This document shows, in pieces, positions 26,632-35,952 of a DNA stretch of 64,000 nucleotides. The DNA is from Candidatus Cybelea sp. (GTDB taxonomy: Bacteria > Vulcanimicrobiota > Vulcanimicrobiia > Vulcanimicrobiales > Vulcanimicrobiaceae), in NCBI GenBank assembly GCA_035939175.1, contig DASZGC010000015.1, positions 11,261 to 75,260 on the forward strand. Direction: 5' to 3'. A program made the translations under genes and the position numbers. Each line of letters opens with the position of its first letter. Positions within the stretch are counted from its first letter, which is position 1. The notes under the pieces were generated by a model, which was given only the letters and a program-made list of their open reading frames with translations, was not told the DNA's origin and searched no databases.

Positions 26632-27249
26632 GTGAGCGACGTCGGCATTTTGTCGGGGGTCGCAATCTTCGCCGCCGCGTTTCTCATCGGTTCGATTCCG
26701 TTCGGATATATCGTCGGACGGCTCTTCTACCACACCGACATCCGCAGCGCAGGTTCGGGCAATATCGGGGCGATGAACGCTCTGCGCACGCTCGGCAAAG
26801 GCGGCGCCGCGGCCGTGCTGCTGCTCGACGTCCTCAAAGGCTTCGTCCCAACGCTGTGGGCGCTCTGGTTCTTCGGCGCCGGCGTCCACGTCATGGCCGC
26901 GCTCGTCGCCACGGGTACGGTTTTGGGACACTGCTTCTCCCCGTGGCTGCGATTTCGAGGAGGAAAGGGCGTCGCGACGTCGTTCGGAGCGGTCTTCGCG
27001 CTCTCGTGGCCGGCCGGGCTCGTCGCCGTGGCGGGCTGGATCGCCGGTGCCGCGATCACCCGCTACTCGTCGGTCGGCTCGATGCTCGGCGCCGTGCTGG
27101 CGCCCTTCGCGCTCTGGATTTTTACCCGCTCGCTTCCCGAGACGGCCTACGGCGTCTTCGCCATGCTGCTGATCCTGCTGCGGCACCGCGAAAACATCGA
27201 ACGGCTGCGCCTGGGAGAGGAGGGCCCCATTCGCCTTTCCAAGCCCTAG
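26632..27249 (+). CDS. plsY: Glycerol-3-phosphate acyltransferase PlsY
   Basis: 205 aa with GTG start. Motifs GSIPFGYIVG, GSGNIGAMN and RFRGGKGVAT are present. Confidence 0.9.
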   Translation: MSDVGILSGVAIFAAAFLIGSIPFGYIVGRLFYHTDIRSAGSGNIGAMNALRTLGKGGAAAVLLLDVLKGFVPTLWALWFFGAGVHVMAALVATGTVLGHCFSPWLRFRGGKGVATSFGAVFALSWPAGLVAVAGWIAGAAITRYSSVGSMLGAVLAPFALWIFTRSLPETAYGVFAMLLILLRHRENIERLRLGEEGPIRLSKP

Positions 27250-27252
27250 GCA

Positions 27253-27813
27253 ATGATTTCGTCAAACGATCTACGCAACGGCGTGACCATCAATGTGGAC
27301 GGCCAGCTCTGGACCGTCATCGAGTTCCTTCACGTCAAGCCCGGCAAGGGATCGGCCTTCGTTCGCACGCGACTGAAGAATGTCAAGACCGGCACGACGC
27401 TGGAACGCACCTTCCGCGCCGGCGAGAAGCTCGAGCGCGCGACCGTCGACAACCGACAGATGCAGATGCTCTACAACGACGGCGATGGCTACCACTTCAT
27501 GGATCAGGAAAGCTTCGAGAACGTCACGCTGCAGCGCGACCTCATCGGCGATCCGGCCGATTTCCTCAAGGACGGCATGGTCGTCGACATGCAGTTCCAC
27601 GAGGGCACGGCGATCGGCGTCGACTTACCCGCGCACGTCGAACTGAAGATCGTCGAAACCGATCCGGGCTTCAAAGGCGACACCGCCCAAAACGCAACCA
27701 AGCCCGCCAAACTGGAGACCGGCGCGACGGTCAACGTGCCGCTCTTCGTCGAGTCCGGCGACGTCATCCGCATCGACACGCGGGATCGCCGCTATCTCGG
27801 CCGCGCCGGCTGA
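27253..27813 (+). CDS. efp: Elongation factor P
   Basis: 186 aa. The VKPGKGSAFVRTRLKN loop carries the conserved Lys (K32). Confidence 0.95.
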   Translation: MISSNDLRNGVTINVDGQLWTVIEFLHVKPGKGSAFVRTRLKNVKTGTTLERTFRAGEKLERATVDNRQMQMLYNDGDGYHFMDQESFENVTLQRDLIGDPADFLKDGMVVDMQFHEGTAIGVDLPAHVELKIVETDPGFKGDTAQNATKPAKLETGATVNVPLFVESGDVIRIDTRDRRYLGRAG

Positions 27814-27882
27814 GCCTCCTCCATCGTACGCTTTGAGTTAGAACTCTTCGCCGCCGCGTTCTTCGCGAGCGTCTTCGGCTCG

Positions 27883-28596
27883 ATGGTCGGCCTCGGCGGC
27901 GGCTTCATCCTCGTTCCGATTTTGCGGCTCTTCCTGGGATTCTCGCCGGCGTACGCCGCGGGAACGTCGCTCGTGCTCATCGTGGCCAACAGCGCGAGCG
28001 GCGCCTTCACCTACTTGCTGCAGCGGCGCGTCCATCTGAAGATCGGCTGGCTCATCGCCGCGGGCGGCTTACCGGGCGGCATCCTTGGCGCGATCGCCTC
28101 GGTGCACATCTCGCCGCGGCTTTTCGACGCGACCCTTGCCGTGCTGCTAGTGGGCGTTGCGATCGACATGGCCTGGAACGCGGAGCGGCGAATGGCCGGC
28201 CGCCCGGAGCACCAGCGCGTGAAAGAGATCAAAGGGATGTCGTACCGGGCGGCGCTGGGGCTCGGCTTCGTGGTCGGGATCTTCTCGAGTCTCTTCGGGT
28301 TGGGCGGCGGCATCATTTTGGTGCCGACGTTCCTCTATTTCTCCGAGCTGCCGGCGCACGCGATCAGCGCGACGTCGCACTTCGCCATCCTGCTCACCTC
28401 GCCCGTCGGGCTCGTCACTCACATCATGCAACGCGACATCGTCGGACGCGACGTCCTGCCGCTCGTCGCGGGAGGATTGACCGGCGGCCCGATCGGCGCG
28501 CGCCTTTCGCTGCGGCTGAAATCACCGCAGTTGCTGATCGTCGTGGCGATCGCGCTCGTCGTGGCCGCCCTAAGCCTGATCTGGCGCCAGCTATAA
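27883..28596 (+). CDS. TauE/SafE-family (DUF81) anion exporter membrane protein
   Basis: 237 aa from ATG 27883, with GLGGGFILVPIL and GLGGGIILVP repeats. The 23 in-frame codons upstream (...ELELFAAAFFASVFGS) look like part of TM1 but contain no canonical start codon. Confidence 0.75.
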   Translation: MVGLGGGFILVPILRLFLGFSPAYAAGTSLVLIVANSASGAFTYLLQRRVHLKIGWLIAAGGLPGGILGAIASVHISPRLFDATLAVLLVGVAIDMAWNAERRMAGRPEHQRVKEIKGMSYRAALGLGFVVGIFSSLFGLGGGIILVPTFLYFSELPAHAISATSHFAILLTSPVGLVTHIMQRDIVGRDVLPLVAGGLTGGPIGARLSLRLKSPQLLIVVAIALVVAALSLIWRQL

Positions 28597-29775
28597 CGCC
28601 GGCGGTTTACAGACCCCGCTCTCGCTCTTGCAGGTAGCCATCCAGGCCGGATTCGTGCCGGTTCCAAACGGCGAGCCCTTCACGTCGGTAAGCGCTCCGC
28701 TGGACGCGTTGATCTTGTATGCAGAGATGTCCGTACCACCCCAATTCGCCGAGTATCCGAACTTGCCGTCGGGATCGACGGCGAACCCCGTCGCTTCGCT
28801 GCCCGCCTGCCACGGCGATCCCGTGATTTGCGTCAGCACGCCGGTCATGACGTTGACGGAGTATCCCGAAACGCTGCCGTCGGTGTAGTTCGGAACGTAC
28901 GCGAATTTGCCGTCGGGCGATAACGAGAATCCGCCCGGCCCTTGGCCAGCAGCGAAAGGCGAGCCCTTGACCGCATGGATCGTGCCCTTGGTCGGTGTAA
29001 TCCGAAACGCATACACGTCGTTGGATTGATCGTCGGAGACGTAGAGGAAATTGTTGCTGGGCGAGACTGTCGCGCTAGTGATGCCGTAACCGACGTCGTG
29101 GAGCGTGACGGGTTCTAGCGCGCCGGTGGCCGGGTTGACGCGGAACCCGCTGACGTCGCCGGAACCGAAGTTGGCGACGAACACCCACCGGCCGTTGGGC
29201 GTAATGCCGATGGCAATCGGTGAGGTATGCGCCGCGAACGGCGAACCTTTGATCGGGGTCAGTTCGCCCGTGCTCGCATCGACGTCGTAACCCGAGACGT
29301 TGCCGCTTCCGTAGTTGGCGACGTAAAGATGCTTGCCCTTAGGGTCGGCCGCGATCGCGCTCGGACTCGTGCCCGCGGTAAAGGGTGAGTTCTTCACCGG
29401 GGTGAGCGCGCCGTCGCTCGCGTCGATCTTGAAGCCGCTGACGGTCGTCGTTCCTTCGTCGGCGACGTAAGCGTACTTGCCGCCGGCATCGATCGCCACG
29501 GCCACGGCGCCGCTGCCCGCAGCGAACGGCGAACCTCTCACTGCCCGCAGCGCGCCGTCGGTCGCGTCGATGGCGTAGGCATAGATGTCGCTGGTTCCGG
29601 CGTTGGCCACGTAAGCATACTCCTGCACGCCGGCATTCGGCCGCGAGCCGTGGCTCTTCATGGCGTTTGCAGCGGAGGGAGTGAGCGAGCCGGAGCCCCC
29701 ATTGGAGCATCCGGCCAGAAGTGCAGCGATCCCGAGCAAAGTCAGCGTGCGAACGACGACGTGATTGCGTAACAT
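28591..29775 (-). CDS. Lipoprotein, lactonase-type 7-bladed beta-propeller
   Basis: 394 aa with lipobox LLAGC. About seven repeats of the pattern YAYVAN..S..+SGY.+D..TG.LT.+.GSPF. Confidence 0.7.
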   Translation of the reverse strand: MLRNHVVVRTLTLLGIAALLAGCSNGGSGSLTPSAANAMKSHGSRPNAGVQEYAYVANAGTSDIYAYAIDATDGALRAVRGSPFAAGSGAVAVAIDAGGKYAYVADEGTTTVSGFKIDASDGALTPVKNSPFTAGTSPSAIAADPKGKHLYVANYGSGNVSGYDVDASTGELTPIKGSPFAAHTSPIAIGITPNGRWVFVANFGSGDVSGFRVNPATGALEPVTLHDVGYGITSATVSPSNNFLYVSDDQSNDVYAFRITPTKGTIHAVKGSPFAAGQGPGGFSLSPDGKFAYVPNYTDGSVSGYSVNVMTGVLTQITGSPWQAGSEATGFAVDPDGKFGYSANWGGTDISAYKINASSGALTDVKGSPFGTGTNPAWMATCKSESGVCKPPAL

Positions 29776-29937
29776 GAACCGGTCCCGTTTTGAGCCCGCG
29801 AAAGTGCAGAGGAGCCGAAGTCGTACGGATGCCGAAAGCCGCGGGCCCGAAAGGATTCGAATCCGACCGACTATTACGCCGCAACTTCCAAGGTCGCGGT
29901 CGTTTACCTGCCGGCCATGATTCCTTGGGGCGCCGCC

Positions 29938-31365
29938 TTACCGCGGATAGGTCATCTCCTTGGGGACGACGATCCGATCGTACTCCTCTTCCGTGACGTG
30001 CCCCAACGAGAGCGCCGCCTTTTTCAGCGTCGTCTTCTCGTGGTGGGCCTTCTTGGCGATCTCCGCCGCCTTGTCGTACCCGATCTTCGGCGAGAGCGCG
30101 GTCACCACCATCAGCGACTCGTCGAGGTACTTCTTGATCTGCTCTTCGTTGACTTGGAGTCCCTCGACGGCGTGCTCGCGAAACATCGTGCAGGCGTCGC
30201 GCAGCAGCCGCGTGGAGTGCAGGAAGTTGTAGATCATCACCGGGTTGAACACGTTGAGCTCGAAGTTGCCCTGCGAGGCGCCGAAGCTGATCGCGAGGTC
30301 GTTACCGTAGACTTGTACGCAGACCATCGTCATCGCTTCGGATTGCGTGGGGTTCACCTTACCGGGCATGATCGAGCTGCCCGGCTCGTTCTCGGGGAGA
30401 ATTAACTCACCGATGCCGGCGCGCGGTCCGGAGGCCAGCCAGCGGATGTCGTTGGCGATCTTCATCAGCGCGGCGGCGAGCATCTTGAGCGCGCCCGACG
30501 CGAAGACGAAATCGTCGTGTGACGCCAGCGCCGTAAACTTGTTGGGATGCGAGCGGAACGGCAGTCCCGTCAGCTCGGCGATCTTCGCCGCGGTGCGCTC
30601 CCCGAACTCGGGGTGTGCGTTGAGTCCCGTACCCACCGCGGTGCCGCCGATGGCGAGATCGAAGAGCGGATCGAGGGCCTCTTTGCAAGCGCGCAGGGCG
30701 CGGTCGAGCTGGGTGACGTATCCCGAGAACTCTTGCCCCAGCGTCAAGGGCGTCGCGTCCTGCAGGTGCGTGCGCCCGACCTTGACCACGTGCGACCAGG
30801 CCTGCGCTTTGGCGTGCAGCGCGTCGCGCAGCGCCTGCACGGCCGGAAGCAGCTCCGACATTGACTGCGCGGCCGCCACGTGCATCGCCGTGGGAAACGT
30901 ATCGTTGGACGACTGCGACATGTTGACGTCGTCGTTGGGATGCACGGGCTTCTTCGAGCCCATCTCTCCGCCGGCGATCTCGATCGCCCGATTGGAGATC
31001 ACCTCGTTGACGTTCATGTTCGTCTGCGTGCCGGAGCCCGTCTGCCACACGCGCAGAGGAAAGTGCGCGTCGAGCTTGCCGGCGATCACTTCGTCGGCAG
31101 CCTGCACGATCAGCTTCGCTTTCTCGTCGGAGAGCTTTCCGAGCCCTTGATTCACCAGGGCCGCGGACTTCTTCAGCAACGCCATCGCATGGATCACTCT
31201 TCGCGGCATCACGTCGCGCGGCCAATCGCCGTCGCCGATGTCGAAATGAACGAGCGAGCGGGCAGACTGCGCTCCATAATACTTGTCGGCCGGAACCGCG
31301 ATCGTTCCCATCGAGTCGCTCTCGGCGCGCGTCGCGGCGCCGTTTGTCGCTTTTGTCGTACTCAT
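29938..31365 (-). CDS. fumC: Class II fumarate hydratase
   Basis: Start set at ATG 31365 (MSTTKATNG...). Signature [16 protein letters not shown] is the FumC type, not the aspartase type. 475 aa. Confidence 0.9.
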   Translation of the reverse strand: MSTTKATNGAATRAESDSMGTIAVPADKYYGAQSARSLVHFDIGDGDWPRDVMPRRVIHAMALLKKSAALVNQGLGKLSDEKAKLIVQAADEVIAGKLDAHFPLRVWQTGSGTQTNMNVNEVISNRAIEIAGGEMGSKKPVHPNDDVNMSQSSNDTFPTAMHVAAAQSMSELLPAVQALRDALHAKAQAWSHVVKVGRTHLQDATPLTLGQEFSGYVTQLDRALRACKEALDPLFDLAIGGTAVGTGLNAHPEFGERTAAKIAELTGLPFRSHPNKFTALASHDDFVFASGALKMLAAALMKIANDIRWLASGPRAGIGELILPENEPGSSIMPGKVNPTQSEAMTMVCVQVYGNDLAISFGASQGNFELNVFNPVMIYNFLHSTRLLRDACTMFREHAVEGLQVNEEQIKKYLDESLMVVTALSPKIGYDKAAEIAKKAHHEKTTLKKAALSLGHVTEEEYDRIVVPKEMTYPR

Positions 31366-31384
31366 ACCAAGCGCAGATTCGGCG

Positions 31385-31984
31385 TCAACGAGGCCCTTTC
31401 CGGGCGGCTTTGCGCAGATCGAGCGTCGTTCCGGCAGCGCGCATTTCGACGACCTCGTAGATCGTGAGCGGAAAGCGTGCGTCGAAGCGACGTTTGTTGC
31501 AGCGCCCGCAGCTCGACGGGCGGCTGGGGCGGTTTCGGCGCAGCGTCTCGAAGCCGCAGGCCTCGCAGCGCAGGATGTAGCGTCTCGCCGATTCGCGCAG
31601 CGGCAGAACGTTCCCCAGCTCGTGATAGATCGAGCCGAGACCGCATTCGCGCAGCTTGCGCTTGAAGCGAGCACCGTGCCCCGTCTCTTTGAACTTGGTG
31701 AAGCACCAGGCGTGGACCATCTCGTGCAGCAGCGTCTCTTCGAGCGCTTCGGGCCGGCTGCGAAAGTGTTTGGGCGACAGCTCGATCAGCAGCGGCGCTC
31801 CCGTGTAGCTGATGCGCCCGGCCGAGTTCGAAAAACGCTCGTTGTAGGCGATGCGGCAATCGGGCACCTCGCCGTTAAAATGTTGGTAGTTCAACCGTGC
31901 GAACGTTAGTTGGAGATCGGCCTCGGAAGGGAGCACGAATGGTTTTATTCGCGCAGCGTCCAACCGATTCTTCGTGCAAGCCAA
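31385..31984 (-). CDS. SprT-like zinc metalloprotease-domain protein with C-terminal Cys4 zinc ribbon
   Basis: Motifs HEMVHAW (HExxH) and CEACG...CGRC are present. The longest ORF starts at TTG 31984. In-frame TTG 31963 or GTG 31936 would avoid overlap with the divergent gene. Confidence 0.7.
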   Translation of the reverse strand: MACTKNRLDAARIKPFVLPSEADLQLTFARLNYQHFNGEVPDCRIAYNERFSNSAGRISYTGAPLLIELSPKHFRSRPEALEETLLHEMVHAWCFTKFKETGHGARFKRKLRECGLGSIYHELGNVLPLRESARRYILRCEACGFETLRRNRPSRPSSCGRCNKRRFDARFPLTIYEVVEMRAAGTTLDLRKAARKGPR

Positions 31985-32396
31985 TGCGCCCGGCGGACTC
32001 CCGCCGCGGATCTACGTGCCGATCGTGGTCGTCATCGCCGCGATCTTCCTCGGCGTCATGGCCTATTTGGTCGCCGACGGGTTCGGCGTTTCGGGATCGG
32101 TGTTCGGAAAGGCGGTCAAGTCGCAGCCGCTGCGTCAGATGGATCAGCAGGGCTCTCAGGACGCCGTAGAGGGCGGACCGCCGGCTCCGGTGGTGGCCGC
32201 TCTGCGAACGCTGCGCGCGCGCGTCGCCGCGCATCCCAACGACGACGTCACGCTCACGCAGCTCGGCGACATGTACCTCGCCTCGAATCACTTCAGTGAG
32301 GCGATCCCGTTTTACCAGCGAGCCCTGCGCGCCAACCCACACAACGTCGCCGCACAGACGGGTCTCGCGCAGGCCCGAGCGGCGCTGCGCCCGTGA
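31974..32396 (+). CDS. Membrane-anchored TPR-repeat protein
   Basis: 140 aa with GTG start. One TM helix (IYVPIVVVIAAIFLGVMAYLVA) followed by a TPR-like LGDMYLASNHFSEAIPFYQRALRANP. Confidence 0.55.
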   Translation: MQANAPGGLPPRIYVPIVVVIAAIFLGVMAYLVADGFGVSGSVFGKAVKSQPLRQMDQQGSQDAVEGGPPAPVVAALRTLRARVAAHPNDDVTLTQLGDMYLASNHFSEAIPFYQRALRANPHNVAAQTGLAQARAALRP

Positions 32397-33226
32397 ATCT
32401 CTTCATCTCCGCCGATATGGAGGGCACGGCCGGGGTTTGCTCTTGGAACCAATGCGACCCGTCGAACACCTTCGAGTACCCGGTCTACCGACGCTATATG
32501 ACGCTCGAGGTGCGCGCCGCGATCGAAGGCGCGCGCGAGGCCGGCGCGCGCTTCGTCCTCGTCAACGACTCGCACTGGTCGATGCGCAACCTGCTGCTCG
32601 ACGAGCTGCCCGAAGACGACGATCTGCGGGTGATCTCCGGCGCGCCCAAGCCCTGGAGCATGATGCAAGGCATGGGATCGACGTTCGACGCCGCGTTCTT
32701 TACGGGGTATCACGCCAAAGCCGGCGACGCGGCAACGCTCTCGCATACGTTCTCAGAGACGCTCTACAGCGTCACGGTCAACGGCACGCGCTGCAGCGAA
32801 GCCTTGCTCAACGCGGCGCTTGCGGGCAGTTACGGCGTTCCGGTGCTGCTCGTCAGCGGCGACGGCGCGATCGTCGACGAGACGCTCGCGCATCTGCCGT
32901 GGGCCGTCGGCGTGCGCGTGAAAGATGCGATCGGCTACTCCGCAGTCGACTCCCTGACGCCCGCGGCTGCGCGCGAGGCGATCCGCGCGGGCGCCCGCGA
33001 CGCGCTCGGGCGCATCGGCAACGCCCGGCCCTTCGGCTTCGATCCGCCGTACGAGCTGGTCGTTGAAACGGTGGGGGTCGAGCACGCCGAGTACGTCGAG
33101 TTGATGCCGGGATTTACGCGAATCGGCGGCCGTGCCGTGCGCTACTCCGCCCCGGATTTTCCCCGGATGATGCGCGCCTTCATCGCCGCCACGCGCATGT
33201 CGGCCGCCGCCGATTCAATCGCATGA
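32393..33226 (+). CDS. Peptidase M55 (D-aminopeptidase DppA-type), copy 1
   Basis: 277 aa. Starts MNLFISADMEGTAGV and contains VNDSHWSMRNL and GYHAKAGD. The start overlaps the upstream stop (GTGA). Confidence 0.85.
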   Translation: MNLFISADMEGTAGVCSWNQCDPSNTFEYPVYRRYMTLEVRAAIEGAREAGARFVLVNDSHWSMRNLLLDELPEDDDLRVISGAPKPWSMMQGMGSTFDAAFFTGYHAKAGDAATLSHTFSETLYSVTVNGTRCSEALLNAALAGSYGVPVLLVSGDGAIVDETLAHLPWAVGVRVKDAIGYSAVDSLTPAAAREAIRAGARDALGRIGNARPFGFDPPYELVVETVGVEHAEYVELMPGFTRIGGRAVRYSAPDFPRMMRAFIAATRMSAAADSIA

Positions 33227-34047
33227 AGCTCTATATTTCCTCCGATATGGAGGGCGTTGCCGGCGTTTGCGCGTGGCAGCAGGTCGATGCGCGTACGCCC
33301 CATCCCGAGTACGATCGCTACCGGAGTTTCTACACGCAGGAGGTCGTCGGCGCAATCGAGGGCGCGCGCGCCGGCGGCGCGGGGGAGGTGCTCGTCAACG
33401 ACTCCCACGGGCCGATGCGCAACTTGCTGGTCGACGAGTTGCCCGGCGACGTGCGTGTGATCTTCGGCAACCGCAAACCGTTCTCGATGGTGCAGAACGC
33501 AGAGGACGGCTACGAAGGAGCGTTCTTTGTGGGATACCACGGGGCGGCGGGCGATGCCGACGCAGTGCTCTGCCACACCTATACGCCGTCGGTGATCTAC
33601 GAGGTGCGCGTCAACGGCGTGCGCTGCAGCGAGGCGACGATTAACGCCGGACTGCTCGGATACTATGGCGTTCCGCTGCTGCTGGTGACCGGCGACCGCA
33701 CGACCGTCGAGAGCGTGCGGGCGCAGATGCCCTGGGTGCGCGGCGTGGTGGTCAAAGAGTCGATCGGCAACTTCGCCGCCGACTCGATGATGCCGGCGGC
33801 GGCGCAGCGCGCGATTCGCCGCGAGGCCGAGGCCGCGCTCCGCGAGCGCTGCAGCGCCCAGCTCTACCGTTTCGAGCCCCCGGTCGTGCTCGACGTGACG
33901 CTGGTGACGGCGGCGCAGGCGCACCTCGTGGCCCTGATTCCGGAGTTCGAGCGCACCGGTGCGCGCAGCGTCCGCTTCACTCACGACTCCTATGAGGTCG
34001 TGTTCAAAGCGTTCGTGGCCACCTGGCGGCTCGGCGCACAGGCCTAA
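33223..34047 (+). CDS. Peptidase M55 (D-aminopeptidase DppA-type), copy 2
   Basis: 274 aa. Starts MKLYISSDMEGVAGV and contains VNDSHGPMRNL and GYHGAAGD. The start overlaps the stop of copy 1 (ATGA). Confidence 0.85.
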   Translation: MKLYISSDMEGVAGVCAWQQVDARTPHPEYDRYRSFYTQEVVGAIEGARAGGAGEVLVNDSHGPMRNLLVDELPGDVRVIFGNRKPFSMVQNAEDGYEGAFFVGYHGAAGDADAVLCHTYTPSVIYEVRVNGVRCSEATINAGLLGYYGVPLLLVTGDRTTVESVRAQMPWVRGVVVKESIGNFAADSMMPAAAQRAIRREAEAALRERCSAQLYRFEPPVVLDVTLVTAAQAHLVALIPEFERTGARSVRFTHDSYEVVFKAFVATWRLGAQA

Positions 34048-34094
34048 CAGCAAGCGAGCAGGTGATAGCCCGCCGGGCTTTAAAAATCCGCCGC

Positions 34095-34565
34095 ATGAAG
34101 CATTTGAAGGGTCTCGCGCTGGCCGCTGCGGCGGCAGCGCTTCTTGCCATGCCCTATCCCGCTGCCGCAGCGGGAAGCACGCCGATGGCGGCCATCAACC
34201 AGGCAGTCATCGACTTCAACAAAGGCGACTACAACGGCTGGGCCGCCGCCTGCGCCTCGCCGTCCCAGATCATCGACGATTTTCCGCCGCACGTTTGGAG
34301 CGGTCCGACGGCCTGCAGCGATTGGGTGACCTCGTTCCAGGCGTTCGTCAAGAAAAGCAAGATGACCAGCATGACGGTGATCCTCGGCACGCCTTGGAAA
34401 ATGGCGATCGCGGGCAACGTCGCCTACGTCGTTCTGCCGGTAACCTTCCACTTCAATCAAAACGGGAAGCCGATGAAACTCCTGGGCTCGGTAATGACGA
34501 TCGCTCTCAAGAAGAGCGCCGGCGGCTGGCTGATGACGGGCTGGGCGTGGGCTGACGGACACTAG
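34095..34565 (+). CDS. Secreted NTF2-like (SnoaL/DUF4440-type) small protein
   Basis: Start set at ATG 34095 (MKHLKGLALAAAAAALLAMPYPAAAAG, a signal peptide). Size and pattern fit the NTF2 fold: AINQAVIDFNKGDY...AYVVLPVTFHF...WLMTGWAW. Assignment is by resemblance only. Confidence 0.5.
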   Translation: MKHLKGLALAAAAAALLAMPYPAAAAGSTPMAAINQAVIDFNKGDYNGWAAACASPSQIIDDFPPHVWSGPTACSDWVTSFQAFVKKSKMTSMTVILGTPWKMAIAGNVAYVVLPVTFHFNQNGKPMKLLGSVMTIALKKSAGGWLMTGWAWADGH

Positions 34566-34620
34566 GAGCCTGGAGGATTATGGCAATCCGTTCGAAGCGA
34601 TCGATCACGTCCAGCTTGCC

Positions 34621-34965
34621 ATGCCGCGCGGCAAGGAGGACGTGGCTCGCATGTTTTACTGCGGCGTGCTCGGCATGACGGAGATTCCCAAACCGCCCCC
34701 GTTGCTGATGCGCGGGGGCGTTTGGTTTTCGAGTGGCAGCGTGCTGGTGCATCTCGGCGTCGACCCCGAGTTCCGAGGTGCGACGAAGGCGCATCCTGCG
34801 TTTCGCTGCACCGACTACGCCGCGCTCGTGGCGCATCTGCGCGACTGCGGCATCGAAGTCGCGCGCGACGAGCATCTCGTCAACGGTCGCGAGCACTGCT
34901 ACATCGCCGACCCATTCGGCAACCGGCTAGAGCTGATCGCTTCCGCAGCGCCTGGGTGCACGTGA
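34621..34965 (+). CDS. Glyoxalase/VOC-family protein (N-terminus unresolved)
   Basis: VOC pattern FYCGVLGM...HPAFRC...ADPFGNRLELI. The expected first-strand motif FEAIDHVQLA is encoded in frame just upstream of ATG 34621. Only CTG codons are available there as starts. Confidence 0.65.
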   Translation: MPRGKEDVARMFYCGVLGMTEIPKPPPLLMRGGVWFSSGSVLVHLGVDPEFRGATKAHPAFRCTDYAALVAHLRDCGIEVARDEHLVNGREHCYIADPFGNRLELIASAAPGCT

Positions 34966-34979
34966 TCCGGTAGAGCCTG

Positions 34980-35945
34980 CTATTTCCTGCCCTTACTAAC
35001 GGTCACCCCGTATGGGGTCGCAGCCTTGTCGCTAATGGTTTTGGTCGCGTTTCCACCAACGGGATACTTCCAGTAAGCCACGTCGGCGGCGCTCTGGTCT
35101 GCCGCGACAACCCTCGTACTTTGCGGATTGATCTTGCCGCTGCCGAACTTTGGAAGCCAGAACTGATCGATGCCGTAACTGCCCGTTAGCGAGGTCGTAC
35201 CGGCCAGCTTTCCTTTCGAACCCGAGATCGAAAACTCATATATCACGTTAGGCGGCGTTCCGCTGTCGCAGATCGCCAGGTACTTGCCGTCCCATTGCAG
35301 ACCACCGGCCCTGCCGATGTGCTGGTTCAAGGTGACGAGACCCAGCCTGCCGCCGCCTTTACGCAGTTCCGCGAGCGCAAAGTGGTTGGCGTAACTGCCG
35401 TCGACAAAAAGATTACCTTGAGCGTCATACCCAATGAAAAGATAATGCTCGAAGCCCGAATAGGAGTAAAGCTTCGGGGTGCCCTTGGCATTCGCAAAGA
35501 CGAAGACGCCGTTTTGGTCGTCGCTGACGGCGAGATTGCCGGTGGTCGGATCGATCGAGCACGCCGTGGGGTAGATATACGGCTCCGTTAGCGTTTCGAT
35601 CGGTCTATTGCGGCCGTGTGCGTACTTAAGAATGTTCCCGGTGAAATAATCCGTAACGTAGACGTGTTGTGCCTTATCCACGCAGAGTCCAAGTGGATTA
35701 CTAGGGCCCGTCAGCGTTCCCACGAGTTTCGCCCGCCAAAATGAATAGACGTTAACCTGGTTCGGCGATTGGTAGGAGACGTAAAGCAGGTCCTCGACTC
35801 TGGCGTCCGGAGACATCCAAGCGTGTTGCTGTCCCGTGCGAATGGATGTGCGCGCCTCGGGGATAGGCTGCGACGGCGATGCGCACCCTGCGATCGTTAG
35901 CGCCGCCAAGAGCGCGGCGCCGCAGCCCATCTTTCGTACCTTCAA
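34980..35945 (-). CDS. Lipoprotein, beta-propeller-like (NHL/YncE-like), compositionally atypical
   Basis: 321 aa with lipobox LTIAGC. Repeated V(Y/F)V.D-type strands are present. The gene is visibly more AT-rich and uses A/T-ending codons, unlike its neighbours. Confidence 0.6.
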   Translation of the reverse strand: MKVRKMGCGAALLAALTIAGCASPSQPIPEARTSIRTGQQHAWMSPDARVEDLLYVSYQSPNQVNVYSFWRAKLVGTLTGPSNPLGLCVDKAQHVYVTDYFTGNILKYAHGRNRPIETLTEPYIYPTACSIDPTTGNLAVSDDQNGVFVFANAKGTPKLYSYSGFEHYLFIGYDAQGNLFVDGSYANHFALAELRKGGGRLGLVTLNQHIGRAGGLQWDGKYLAICDSGTPPNVIYEFSISGSKGKLAGTTSLTGSYGIDQFWLPKFGSGKINPQSTRVVAADQSAADVAYWKYPVGGNATKTISDKAATPYGVTVSKGRK

Positions 35946-35952
35946 TCCGCGT

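Noticed and set aside
29853-29864. GGATTCGAATCC, reminiscent of a tRNA T-arm (possible tRNA or att-site remnant) in the lactonase/fumC spacer
   Set aside because: On neither strand do the flanks give a 5-bp T-stem around a TTCGAAT loop, nor acceptor or anticodon arms. It is just a 12-nt palindrome.
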